Of a stretch of DNA of 37,113 nucleotides, positions 23,901-35,900 are shown piece by piece. A model generated the notes under the pieces. It was not told the origin of the DNA and made no database searches. It worked only from the letters and a program-made list of their open reading frames with translations. How positions within the stretch are numbered: position 1 is the first letter of the stretch; the number at the start of each line of letters is the position of its first letter. Origin of the DNA: Choristocarpus tenellus KU-1152 (lineage: Eukaryota; Protista; Phaeophyceae). Location of the stretch: assembly GCA_964200185.2 (NCBI GenBank), contig CAXNAD020000042.1, positions 1 to 37,113 of the forward strand. Reading direction: 5' to 3'. A program made the position numbers and the translations under genes.

Positions 23901-26900
23901 AAATAAAACAATCAATAAAATCTGAAAATGATGATAACACTGCTGTGACAAAGGTTGAAAAAGGGATAGAAAAGGCGGAGGAAGACTATGTGCACCATGT
24001 CAATGTGGCTAAGGTACAAAATAAGAGTACAAGTGAGGTACTGGAGACAGCCCAGCGTAAGGAAGCAAAGGAAATCCAAAAACGGGTTCAGGTTGGTGCT
24101 ATAGTCATGATGCATTCTGCTCTACTCATCTCGTTAGGTCTGTAAGTGTACACACCTGTATGGTAACAACTTGGGCTTGATCCAATTGCAAACTAAGTTG
24201 TTCAAAGGACAGACATTAGATAGACAGTATTCTTGCTATAACTCTCAGTTCAACTGGCCAGTCATTCTTGTGTATTAGTAAGAATACTGATATCTATTTT
24301 TCCTTTTGCTATACAATGTCTCACCAGTCTATTCTTGAGGCTAAGGCCATCATTGAAAAGTACAAAGGTTGCTTGTCAACTGCTGAACAAGAACTGAAGG
24401 AATTTTCCCGCAAGGAAAGAAGTGCCATTGCATTTCAGGAGAGGACAGCTGGTCGACCCATTCGTACAGTGATTGATTCAGACTATCGGTACAAGTGGGC
24501 TCAGCGTTATGCAACTGCCATGGATGCTGAAGAAAATTCTGAGGAGGATTTGCAGGTACTGTTTTGAAGTTGTCAATGTGCCTTTCTTGGTTTGTTATCG
24601 GCACCATGCTCTTCAAAATACAGGAATCACCAGGATCTGATCCCAGCTTTGCACATTATAATATGGGGGACTTCAAACCTAATTCAGTAATATACTACTA
24701 CTCCAGTATTAATATGATAATACTGAGTACATTAACATGAAGTATTACAGACGACAATTGGACAAACCTATGCATCAATTAATTTATAACCTGAAGGAGT
24801 AGGTCCTGTCATTAAGATTTTGTAAGCCAAGTTGGACATCAAAAGGAGATACTGCCCCCACTGATATTAAGCAAAAATTTGGAAGGTATGCTCTTTAATG
24901 TACTAGTACAGTATATAGTACATAGTATTAGAGAAAGAGAAGTTCATTTTTGAAGCTTATCATTTTCTATTTTGTCATGTTCACTTGGCACCTCCACTCC
25001 TGACAAGTCTTCTCCACAACACGCACACCTATCTGCAATCAACAAATATGTCACATTTCTCAACACAGCAATCAATCCCTACCAGATAGGCCTTTGCTTG
25101 CACCCATGTGGTTTTTGGGCTATTCTGCTGCAATAATAACCCCATTGCACCAAAAGGATTGTTGAAGTGACTCTAGCATGCCATACATCTTCATTGGAGT
25201 CTTGTCTGCCACCTTGTTTATTTTTATTTTTATTGTAAATGGTTTAGCTTGTGAGATCTTGATAGTAACCATTGCCTGAAGGTCTGTAAGGAGAGGTCTA
25301 TTTTTCGTTGTTGGTGTGGTATCAGTATTTTTCTGTTCCTTTTTTCGGTTTTGGGAGCAGCTCTAGGGTTCCTTTTCCAAGTGCAGACACTGCATTGTGG
25401 CATAAACTACATGGACTCTTGGCAAGAATAGTTCCTCAGTATTATTATTTGCCGGCCATGGCTATTATTATTTATTACTCCACACTCTCTCCACATAACT
25501 CCATTATGTTGCTCACCACACACTACTACCACATATCACAAGTCTGACTGGATAGGACTGTCTTGAACGACGACATCCTATTGCTAACTTTGGAGATGAG
25601 AGCCAAAAGTAAAACCAACCCAAGAGAGCCCTGAGAAGGTTGTACTTAGATAGATATCCTTACTGATCAGTGCTTTGTGTTGCTATGAGATTTACATGTT
25701 GGGAGCTTGCATAAACCCCAATCTCCAGAGTTCAAATTTTACTCAACAAGGGGTGAAATATGTCAAATACTCCATATAGTTAACAGTATGTGCAATATGT
25801 ATAAATTTGTATGTTAAGTTCAAATATGTAGTTAAAACAGTACATGAGGTATGCATCCCTCCTATTTCAAATGTGTATTCTAAATACAAGTAAGTGTAAT
25901 GATCAAACAGAAGGTGTGAGGGGTGCACCGTTAGGGCTGTTTGGTTTGTGTTTTCCCATCCTTTTGATAACTACACCCCAAGTATGGTGTTCCTGTTTCT
26001 GAGACACTTAATCTTTTTTTTTGTGTGGCACAGGTGAAGTACTTGGAGATTATCAATGTGTGTAATGACTTCTTGGAGACGGCAAAGCACATTGCAGTAA
26101 CTGTTGTGGATGAAAAGCACATGGATGTTGCCAAGAAAACAATACAGCCTATTGCAGATAGTGCATGCCATGGGCGAGGTGTTGAGGGAAACCGAGGTGA
26201 TGCTGGACGGCGGTACAAATTTGAGGCATTCAATATTCGATTCAAGGTATGCTGTGACGACCATGGCATCTTCAATGGGGATGATGAAGCTGCAGCTAAA
26301 GGAGCCGGGGGGAGGGACAGACTTGGAGCACTGGAGTACATGAAACAACACCAACCAGGTTAGGACTCAAGTCTTATCCACTACTTGTTTGCCTCAGTGT
26401 GATCATCTGAAAGTGCTATCCTATGTTGAATGTGAATACGTGATGTTGGTGTTAAAACTTGTTGGTGTTAAAAAAACAGGGATGGCTGTTCCTCTTTCCT
26501 GCATTGTGGACTACCATGGATTCCGTGTACTGGCTGTGGCAAAAGCTCCCATATGTAGTCCAGTATTCACAAAGTCTGGAAAACTCCGGCGTGGAAGGGA
26601 GGAGCTAGTTCATGGCACAATTGATCAGGGCAAGACAATTCGAAACGAAAATCGGTTCTTGAACTCCAAGCTGCAGGAGGTTGCTAAAAAGCTTAACCTC
26701 AGTCAGCATTATGTCAAGGTGAGTAAAATAGTTTGATTAGTTCAGATGCATACACTACACTGATAGATTAATAGTTCATTGTTCATCCAGATTTCCTGAA
26801 GTAATAATAGGGATTTAATACTGTAATATTTCAGGGTTAGGCCATCTCATTTCCACTGCAAACATGTAGACCAGGTGCGCCAATCCATTTTAATGTTTCT

Positions 26901-29900
26901 TGTGTAGAGTGAAGTATGCATGGGCAGTACTCGGATTAAGCAGCTAGCAGGTAGACAGTTCTTGGAAACTCATGTTTTTTTTTCTTTTGGCATTTTCGAA
27001 GAAATAAAAGCAAGTAACGCTGAGTTCTTACATGACACTGCCAACTGCTCTTGATCAATGAGTTTTGAAGGCCTGATATTCCTCTTAATTTTTTTGACCT
27101 TGAAAAAAAAAAATGTAACTAGTACATACTATAGAAACTTACTTCAAAGTGTTCCTAGTTGAGCTTCCTTGGAACTACAAATATAAGATCCCTTGGAAAG
27201 AAATGGCTAGAATAAGATGAGGTGATGTAGTACATTGGGAAGTTTAAGATACATCATCCAATACTGAAATATTCTGATGGAGAAGGAAGTTTTTCATCAA
27301 GAAGGCAATACCGCCATACACCATGACCTTCTGTCAAGCAGCATATGGGAAAAATGGATTCACAACATCTTGCCAGGAGAAACTAAAATAACTCCAAGTA
27401 GACTAGATACTTTGATAAACTACCCAATACTCAACATTGAGCGGGATGGAGACTAGGGTCACTTGTGTGTCACATGTTCATAATTGAAACAAGTTATGCA
27501 TATTTGGGATGTATTTGTCAGATCACAATCTGAGGCAAAACATTTGCATACAACGCACAGCACTATGCATGCAGTCTGCATACATGTAAACAGCATTGGG
27601 TTTTGAGGTGATGGTCTAGACATCACCCCCAGTAGTAAGTAGTAAGTAGTACTGTTCCCATCATATATTTTCAGCATGATCTTTTATTAGTTTTCAGTCT
27701 GAATACCAAAGTGCTGCTCTCTATATGAGCTTAGTTTTTACACACCCCAAAAACGGACTTAATCCAGGGTACCAATGATCTGAACACCAAGGGGCTTTGG
27801 GCATCTGCTGATCTTCGGGTATACCGGAGTGGCAACGACTTCTATCTACTAAACTTCTGGCGGGCATTTCCCTCTGAAGATCCAGAAGCTACGCCTCATC
27901 TTCAACCCACAGCCAGGGGACAAAGTATATTTTGGCGGGGTCTTCGACCAGAGCTTGTCCAGTCGAATCCAGTTGCTCTTAGCCCAGATGCCAACCTTCT
28001 AGTGACACATGGAACTTCAGACTGGTGCAAGCAAGCAAAAGATGTGTTTGATGCAACCCACAGGCTAGTTAATGAGGTATGTGTGTTAAAGATAAAAGCT
28101 AGTTACTGAAGTAAAAAGATAAACAATGTATCAAGTCAATCTCGGGAAAGTATTTTTTTGACTCTTCCCATATGATTGTGGGTCCCTTGATTCCCACCTC
28201 CCTTGTGCTTTGTGTTTCAGTCAGACTGATAGCCATATGTCTATGTTGACTGGGAAGTTTGGTGCATGATGCTATTGATTCCATATGATGCAAAGTGAAA
28301 CTTGACATGAGATATTTCCAGCAAATAAAAGGGGTGGAGTGTAATGTGGTGCAGAAATTATTGATGTGTTGTTTTTAATTGACGTGTATAAACCCAGACA
28401 ACTCTGGCATGACTTTAACAAATGGTAGAACAATATACAATTTGTTTGATTATTTAAAAGCTCATATGCAAGGTACCTTGAGCCTTCCAGAATACTACTT
28501 CTCTGTAGGCAATCCACCAAATTTAACATTAAGTTAATTCACTACCTTGCAAGGTGATTCCCCAGTTTGCAGAGGAGCTCATGTGTGGAGAAGTTGACAT
28601 GGCGGTAAGACATTCTTTTAATGTAACAAGAAGGATGCACCGCCGGGGCATTGGTGTACGACATATGGGTCTTCTCAGGGATATGTTCTGGAGGAAACTT
28701 CTTGGAAATGTTGATATTTCTTACAACTCAAGTCATCTTCGCACAAGATTTGACCTTCGAAAGCAGCTCCAGAGAGGGGACCAGGTAGTAGTGGTAATTG
28801 CAATGATAGTCATAGTCGTAGTAGTGAGTGAAAGTATCTTATTAAGAGAGGGTACGAATTTTTCCCTAATTGTCCATGTGGGGCTTGGCTTCCCACGGGT
28901 CTTTTTATGGCATTTTCCTACTCCAAAATGTTTCGGAGTAGGTGAAATTATACGTTATGAAAAAGTGTGTTCGGAACAAGGATATTGACACTTCTTAACA
29001 GACATGATAGCCTAAATTACATCAAAATCGCAACATTACATTTTGGCACCCAAAGAGATGCTGCTCTACGCTAACCCTAGGATACTTTGACTCAGTAGTA
29101 GTAGTTAAAACAACAATAATAAATTTGTTGCACTTGCAATATGTTAATTATTTCAACAACCCCTGACTTGGTCATTTCTGGTACAGGTTCGTATAGCTGG
29201 TAATATATACACTATCAGCCTAAAGGCCAAGCACGAATACTCTGCTTCTGGCCTAACGCTTGACCGCAAGGTGAGAGAGGAGCTGCATCCCACATGAGAG
29301 TTTGTGCACACACACCAATCATAGCCTTAGGAACAACATGTTCCAACAAGTCAACAGCATCAATGTACACAAAGTTGTCTGGGTTCTATGTAGTAACCTG
29401 CACCAATGAAGGCTAGGGTTAGGGTTAGTAGATGATCGCAAATTAAATGGACACAAACATCACAAACACATAGCATAGTTCCTTTGTACACAAGGGTTCT
29501 CAGAACAAAACAATTTCTTCTCTGTTGTTAGGACAGGCACAACTGTTTGAACTATTTGGAAATAGTTATTATTGAGGAAACAAATGCAGGAGGAAGCACA
29601 ATTTTTAAAGATATTTCAATAATGTTAACTGTTGCAATGTGTACCAAAGACAGTGAGTACTTTAAGTGTGTTGTTCAGATGTACATTCCTTCCAAGTTAC
29701 ACCCTCTTTTACACTTGATTTTTTCTATGATAGGTGGATATGATGAGCTGCAACAACTTACCCATCTATAAAGGTCGGGTTAGCTCTGACCACAACTGCT
29801 ATGAGCTGCGGCAACTGCTGCTTGCAGAAATGGTGGCAAGGACAGCAAAGAACTTGCTTAGGCGATACCTAAGGACATTGGCAACTGAAAGTTGTGCGAC

Positions 29901-32900
29901 TGCTAAGCAGACACAGGTTAGAGGGAATTTATTTTTGCAAGAAATGTTGCCATTGCTATTTCCATTGCTATTTCTATTGCTATTTCCTGCCTTGAGGTTT
30001 CTTGGGAAAGCTTACCACACTTAACCTCAGTGCATGACATCAACTACACACAATACAGGTGTTCTTCACAGTTGAGTTTTTGAACATGATTGTAGGGAGC
30101 CATGACCGAACCAATCACTTTTGGAAAGAAGAACTTCTATGGGGAATAAGGGACCGTTTTGGGAGTGTGGCCATTGATCAAGGAGAAGAAGACAATATTC
30201 TCTGGCTGCTTCAAGGCTCCCTTGTATATATTGTTCATCGACTGCAGGTACTTTGAACTCTCTCTCTCACCCTTATTCTGTAACATGTCATGGAGGGGTC
30301 ACGGTTCATTATTGTCCAGGCTGGTGGTGGCATGGAACTCTTGATATTGTGGTTGGTTAGGGTTACGGTGAGGGAGATCTCTCTTGCTCTGGAATACATA
30401 AAATTAATAGAAGCAATCATGACATCAAAGAAGCTTAGTGTTAGGGTTATTGCTTGAGCAAAATCGCCTATTGCATTAACTCAAATACCTGTTGTTAATG
30501 TGAGCTCAATTTGACCCATGACTAATGTACATTCTGGCTTCATTGTACCACATGACACTGCATGATAATTTTGTGTGTAGTTTTGTGTTGATAACTTCTT
30601 TCCATGTGGTGGACTATTGCCAGGACATGCTTGGCTTTTCACTGTCCAACACATGCACAAGCCATTTCTACGACCGACCTTCAGGCTTCCACTTCACAAC
30701 CCTTGACCTATCCAATACTCCATTGCGGTAAGATAAAAGAATTCACAAAGACACAAAAATCTTAAAACTATTTTCTTGAGACTGGTTCAGTGTTTGGTTT
30801 GACATGTGAAAAAAGGAAAACAAAAGAATTTTGCTATGAAACTACAAAGTGACACCTACTGCAAGAGGTGATCTTAGTGAAACTGGGGCAAAATTATTGA
30901 GTATTCATAAAAAGGTGTTTATTTTATTTTCGTATCCTCTGGGCTTTGCAATTCGGGACCTTTTTGGCAGGATAAAGCATAACCTTCCCATGCTCGAGTT
31001 TGCTGAAGCTTCAATCGTTGTTATGAGAGCTAATCAGACCCGATCTATGGGATACATCCAGCTTGTTCAGAAGGACAACCCTCACTTCTACCTAACCTTG
31101 CAGGTGATGAAACAATACTAGTACTATGCAATACATAAGAAGTAGAGTGTTGGAGACACTGTAAAGAGACACTGTAAAAGTCTGGAATAAAAGATAAAAA
31201 AATACAGTGTGGAAAAAACAAAGGGACTTGCTGTTTTGATTGTAAGCATGACATTAGCAGACACTGCTCTAAAGCCAGAAAGATTTTCATCCAGTTCTGT
31301 TTATGTTTTTTGGAACATGTGCCTCTGTGTATCACGCGACTCATGTTTGCTGTTGTTCAAGAACCAGATGATTATGTCATGATTATGCCATGATTACGTC
31401 ATAATACTATAGAACCGCCTTGTGCCTTGGCAGGAACGTAAGGGATCAAAGGTAGCTGTAAACCATGGGAAGGGTGGCATCAGCCTGAGTGGATACTACA
31501 CAGATGGAATCAAGTTTGAGCGTCCAGGACCTATTGCTAATGATTCATTGAACCGTGCAGTTTATTTTTCTTCAACAAAGAAGTGTCGCATTGACACCAA
31601 GCACACAGGGAAGGTACTGGCTCCCATGCTAGCACACCAACCTTTCAGTGTCGAGGCTTGGGTGAGGTGTGTGGGTGGAGAGGACACAACCCGCACAGTG
31701 CTCATGACAGGCAGGTGAAGTGCTCAAGGCAAGGTGGCTGCGGGTTGATTGATTGTATTGAGTTGTATTGAGATGTATTGAGTTGATTAGATGTATTGAT
31801 TAATTGATACACTGCGGAGCCCAATTGAACATGCAACCTACGGGAAGATTGGGATATCCCCCTGAAGTGATAATGAAACTCCAGATGTAGGTGATGTAAT
31901 TGCAGTGTGACATTGAATATATATCACGCCTGGACCAGCGAGCCAGATGATCTGCCATGTATATTATTGTAATTATTGTTATTGTTATTAAGGATTGTGC
32001 TAATGATATGCCATGTATGTTATTGAATGATCTGAATGATCTGCCATGTATGTTATTGATACTATTGTTATTGTCATTAAGGATTGTGCTAATGATCTGC
32101 CATGTATATTATTGATACTATTGTTATTGTTATTAAATCATAGGTCACTGTTTTTTTCATGTACAAGACTATGTCAAGGGGGATGGATCCCATCAGCATG
32201 AGTGCTGTTCTTGGTTCCATTTCATTTCATGGAATGGAATGGAATGGAATTGTGGTTTTTACATGGATGTTTGATGTTTGAAGCGTCACTTACCATTGTT
32301 CCAATTTCACATCAAATATGAAAGTGTGATGAAGTGCTTTGGGAATATATATTTGCACAAGCCTACAACAGTGTGATCTGTAAGAGTAGTGGACTAGTTA
32401 TAGAATGAAACATGCAATTGATAAAATCTGTGTTTGATGCGACCTACATTTTGACTTAATGTAAGGACACTAATGACAACAGGTACACTATTTTGGTGAC
32501 AAGAAAAAACATTTGGGCTGTAACTGTCTCAACCAACCAAGGAGCAGAGTACACAGTCTTAGGACCTCCAGTGTCTCAAGCAAAGGTAATGCACGGTTCC
32601 TTGTTCGTCCAATGAAATGGATTGAACCTGTGCCATGGATGCAAGTACGGAATTAATATTATACACAGTGATCAATGATTGGATTATCTCAAAGTTTTCT
32701 GCATGGATCCAAAAATCCATGTTTGATACCTGTGCACAGATTGTGTCCACTTCTATCAGTATTGTACAGGTACAAGAAACAGGCAGAATCAGCCTGGCTT
32801 AAAACAGATTCCATTTTGAACTGAAATATCTTTTTCAGGGTAAAAGAAATAATCCACTGCTACTTCTGCATTGCCCACTGCCACTGCCCTGTACATAATT

Positions 32901-35900
32901 CCGTCCTGTCATAATAGTGGACACACATGGCAGCAACTTATGACGGAACAATTGTCCGCATGTATGCTAACTCAGAACTAGTTGGTCAGGTGAGGAGAAT
33001 TATTCCAACATCAACCCTGTTACTGGTTTGGTAGACGCCTCTGACTGAGCCACATAGTTTCAGAATACTCTTGATCCCCCTGAGGCCAAAGTCGTTATCC
33101 AAGTTGGGTTGTCCATTTGAACACACCGTGAAGCACTACCTCGATCAATCTACCCACTAGGATGCCAAAGGGTCTGTAGCACAGCAGTATGTTATTGCCA
33201 GGGCTTGCTACTTCTGTCGCAGTGAGGCAAATACCTTACACACACATGACACATGCTGATTTTGATCTGAGACTACTGCTGTGCACCTTCACAGGTAGAA
33301 CTCCAGGAAGCAGTTGAGCGTCAAGAAGAAGAGAGGAGAGTCAACCGACAAAACACTATAGAACAGTTGATACAAGAAGAGGCCAACGCCAGAGAGCGAT
33401 GCAAGGTCAATGTCTTTTGGATGTTCAATTGACATTGGACCCTTGTGCTCGGCTTAGTTTTGCATCGCCTTAGCCCCCAATGTGCAATCTTCACTGTTCT
33501 TGTGTGTGTGTGTGTGTGTGCTTATGGTGTTCTCACCCTTTTCAGTAGACTCTTGCATACGCATTACCTTACACTTTGTAGTGAGATCAATGGTGCTTCT
33601 CATGATGGAGAAAGTATTAAAGTATCTTTACAACCACTTGTTGTCCTGAATGTTTAACTGTCCAACACACCTCCAACATAATACACCTACTCCAGGATGA
33701 AACAGAAGATCAGGCGAAGTCATTTTTCAAGACAAAGGAGGGCAAGGCAAAGATCAGCAAGGCGGCAAGCAACCTTTTCCAGAAGGCCGAGTTTGCCCTG
33801 CAGATGGACAAGGATGCAGCTAAGAAAGGCATACAGAAGTTGACAAGGAGTGGAGCCAAGGCGCAAGCCAAGCTGGAGTACAAGAGGGAAACGGAAATGT
33901 TCAACATGCAGAAGGTGAAGGGAAAAATATTGGATCACAATAATTATATCACAGTGAGAATGAGTGCTGCCCAACCTCCCAAACTCAGAGTAAACCCCTC
34001 CTGCTACACATTTCTTTCTACTTGTCAGATAGCTCAAGAGTACAAGCGTCTAAGAGATGAAGTTGAGCATCTGTCCATCCAAGAACGAGATGAAGTGATG
34101 GAACGTGCACAAGCACCACTCCGTGTGGGTGCAACATGCAACAGCAAACGCTCTACAGAAGGCCGCAACTTTTTTGGGGGAGATCTTTGCCACATTGCTG
34201 TCTACCTCTCAAATTTATCATCTGACTCTGTGAGGGCACACTATCTCGCCGGGACCCAGGCCAGCTGCTTTGAAAGTGATCGACTCTATGTGCTTGCAGG
34301 TGTTAGGTTTGAGGCGGCTCTTGAATTTGCACCAAATGACAGAGAGATCATCTCCCAGTATGCCCAGAGCATTGTCAATTTTCTTGAGCTTGAGTCGGTG
34401 CAGGTAAGATTTATGTCTAGTTGCATCAAGTTACATCATGAGGAGTGTTTAACCTGCTCGTTTCATTGTTGAAACTGACCTTCAGTCTTTAGTTACGAGT
34501 GTAGGTGCGTAAGTTATTACTATCATACTATCATACTATCATACTATCATATTATCATACTATCATACAATCATTGTGTGTGGTAGATTTCTTACTATCC
34601 ATGTAAGTTATTGTTATTGCTGCCATACTATTATTGTGGCATTGATGCAAGTATTTTTTGTGGAATAATCTCAACCACCCTCGAGTCCCTTGCGCAGAAG
34701 CATTTAATGCTCAGGATACAAAAAAAAGTCTTTAAAATACAACATACAGCATACAACGATAACAGGGCTAGGGTGCAAATTGGTGCTATGGGCATTAACA
34801 GTAGTACTGCAGTATGCCTGCCTTGCCTTCAGTTTGAGCCAAAGTGGGACATTGCATTTAGTCCTGACACTCATGATACTCATGACACTCAATAGCCACT
34901 GAGGAGGTGGTGCACACTATGCAATAGGACTCTACTATATAATAGATTCCAAAAGTAATTTCCATTGAAGCAAAGACTGAAATGAGCCCTTGAAACCTGC
35001 TGCTATTGATGTTAGTGCTCATGTAAGTAACATTGTTTTCATCTATCTTTTTATGTGGTCTACATAAGCCACTTACCTTCCTTGCCTTTGTGTTCTGGGG
35101 TTCAAAGTAAGATAGTACATTGTAATCACTTGTCCCAGTGTCATTCACCATAATTTTGTTCTCTCTGAGTTCAACTTCTTTTGTGAGAGTATCACCAATA
35201 AGTGTGGCATTGGCTAGACATATCAGTTCACCTAGGTACTGAAGTGCCAAGGAGTTTACATCTTGTGGTACAGTTTGGTGTGTCTAGATGAAATCAAGTG
35301 TAAGACTTCAATATGTTACAGCTTGGTGTTGGTGTGCATTGGGAAAACGTCATTCGCGTTTGAAAGCTGTGCAATATTTCTGACACCTGGTGGTTCATGA
35401 AATCATCAAGTCATCAAGTCTCTGGGGAACACATGTTGTACAATTACCCCAGCACACAGAGTTTTCAAGGATTTTAATGGAGTAAATGGCACAAGTTCTT
35501 CACTTCCCAAAACTAGCCCAGTTTGCTATGGCCTATCCAACAATAGTGGTACAACACGATGGTGTTATTTTATTATTGTTGTAACCCCATGACCTAGTCT
35601 GCTTCAACAGCACCCTGTACCAGAGGACATTTAGCCTGTCTTAATACTTCAGAAGTTGATTCCATATATTGCCTAACCTTGGAAACACACAATAGTACTA
35701 TTTGAATTTGTTGCATGTCATCTGCTGGGTTATCCTACTGCTATTTGATGTGATCAGTGTGTGGTGAGCATGCTGTTTGTTTGTTTTTGGAATTGTGGTG
35801 CACATTGAGAATTTTCTTTTGAAGATACACCATTATTATTTATATTAGTAGTATTACTTGTAGTAGTAGGAATTTTTTTGTTCTTAATTTTTTCAATGCA

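Noticed and set aside
25100-25200. AAIITPLHQKD as LINE RT domain 1
   Set aside because: A single short motif with no supporting downstream motifs.
25931-26354. Minus-strand ORFs of 127 and 136 aa
   Set aside because: Antisense shadows of the CLU exon 26034-26358.
24328-30727. Assigning the gene symbol CLU1/clueless
   Set aside because: Lacks CLU_N, has divergent hallmark motifs and extra domains, and orthology cannot be shown without a phylogeny.
31947-32136. Repeat array as a possible CRISPR
   Set aside because: Units are contiguous with no unique spacers, lie in a eukaryotic intron, and no cas genes are present.
34858-35250. 130-aa minus ORF in intron
   Set aside because: No recognisable domain or splice context, so likely chance or a TE remnant.
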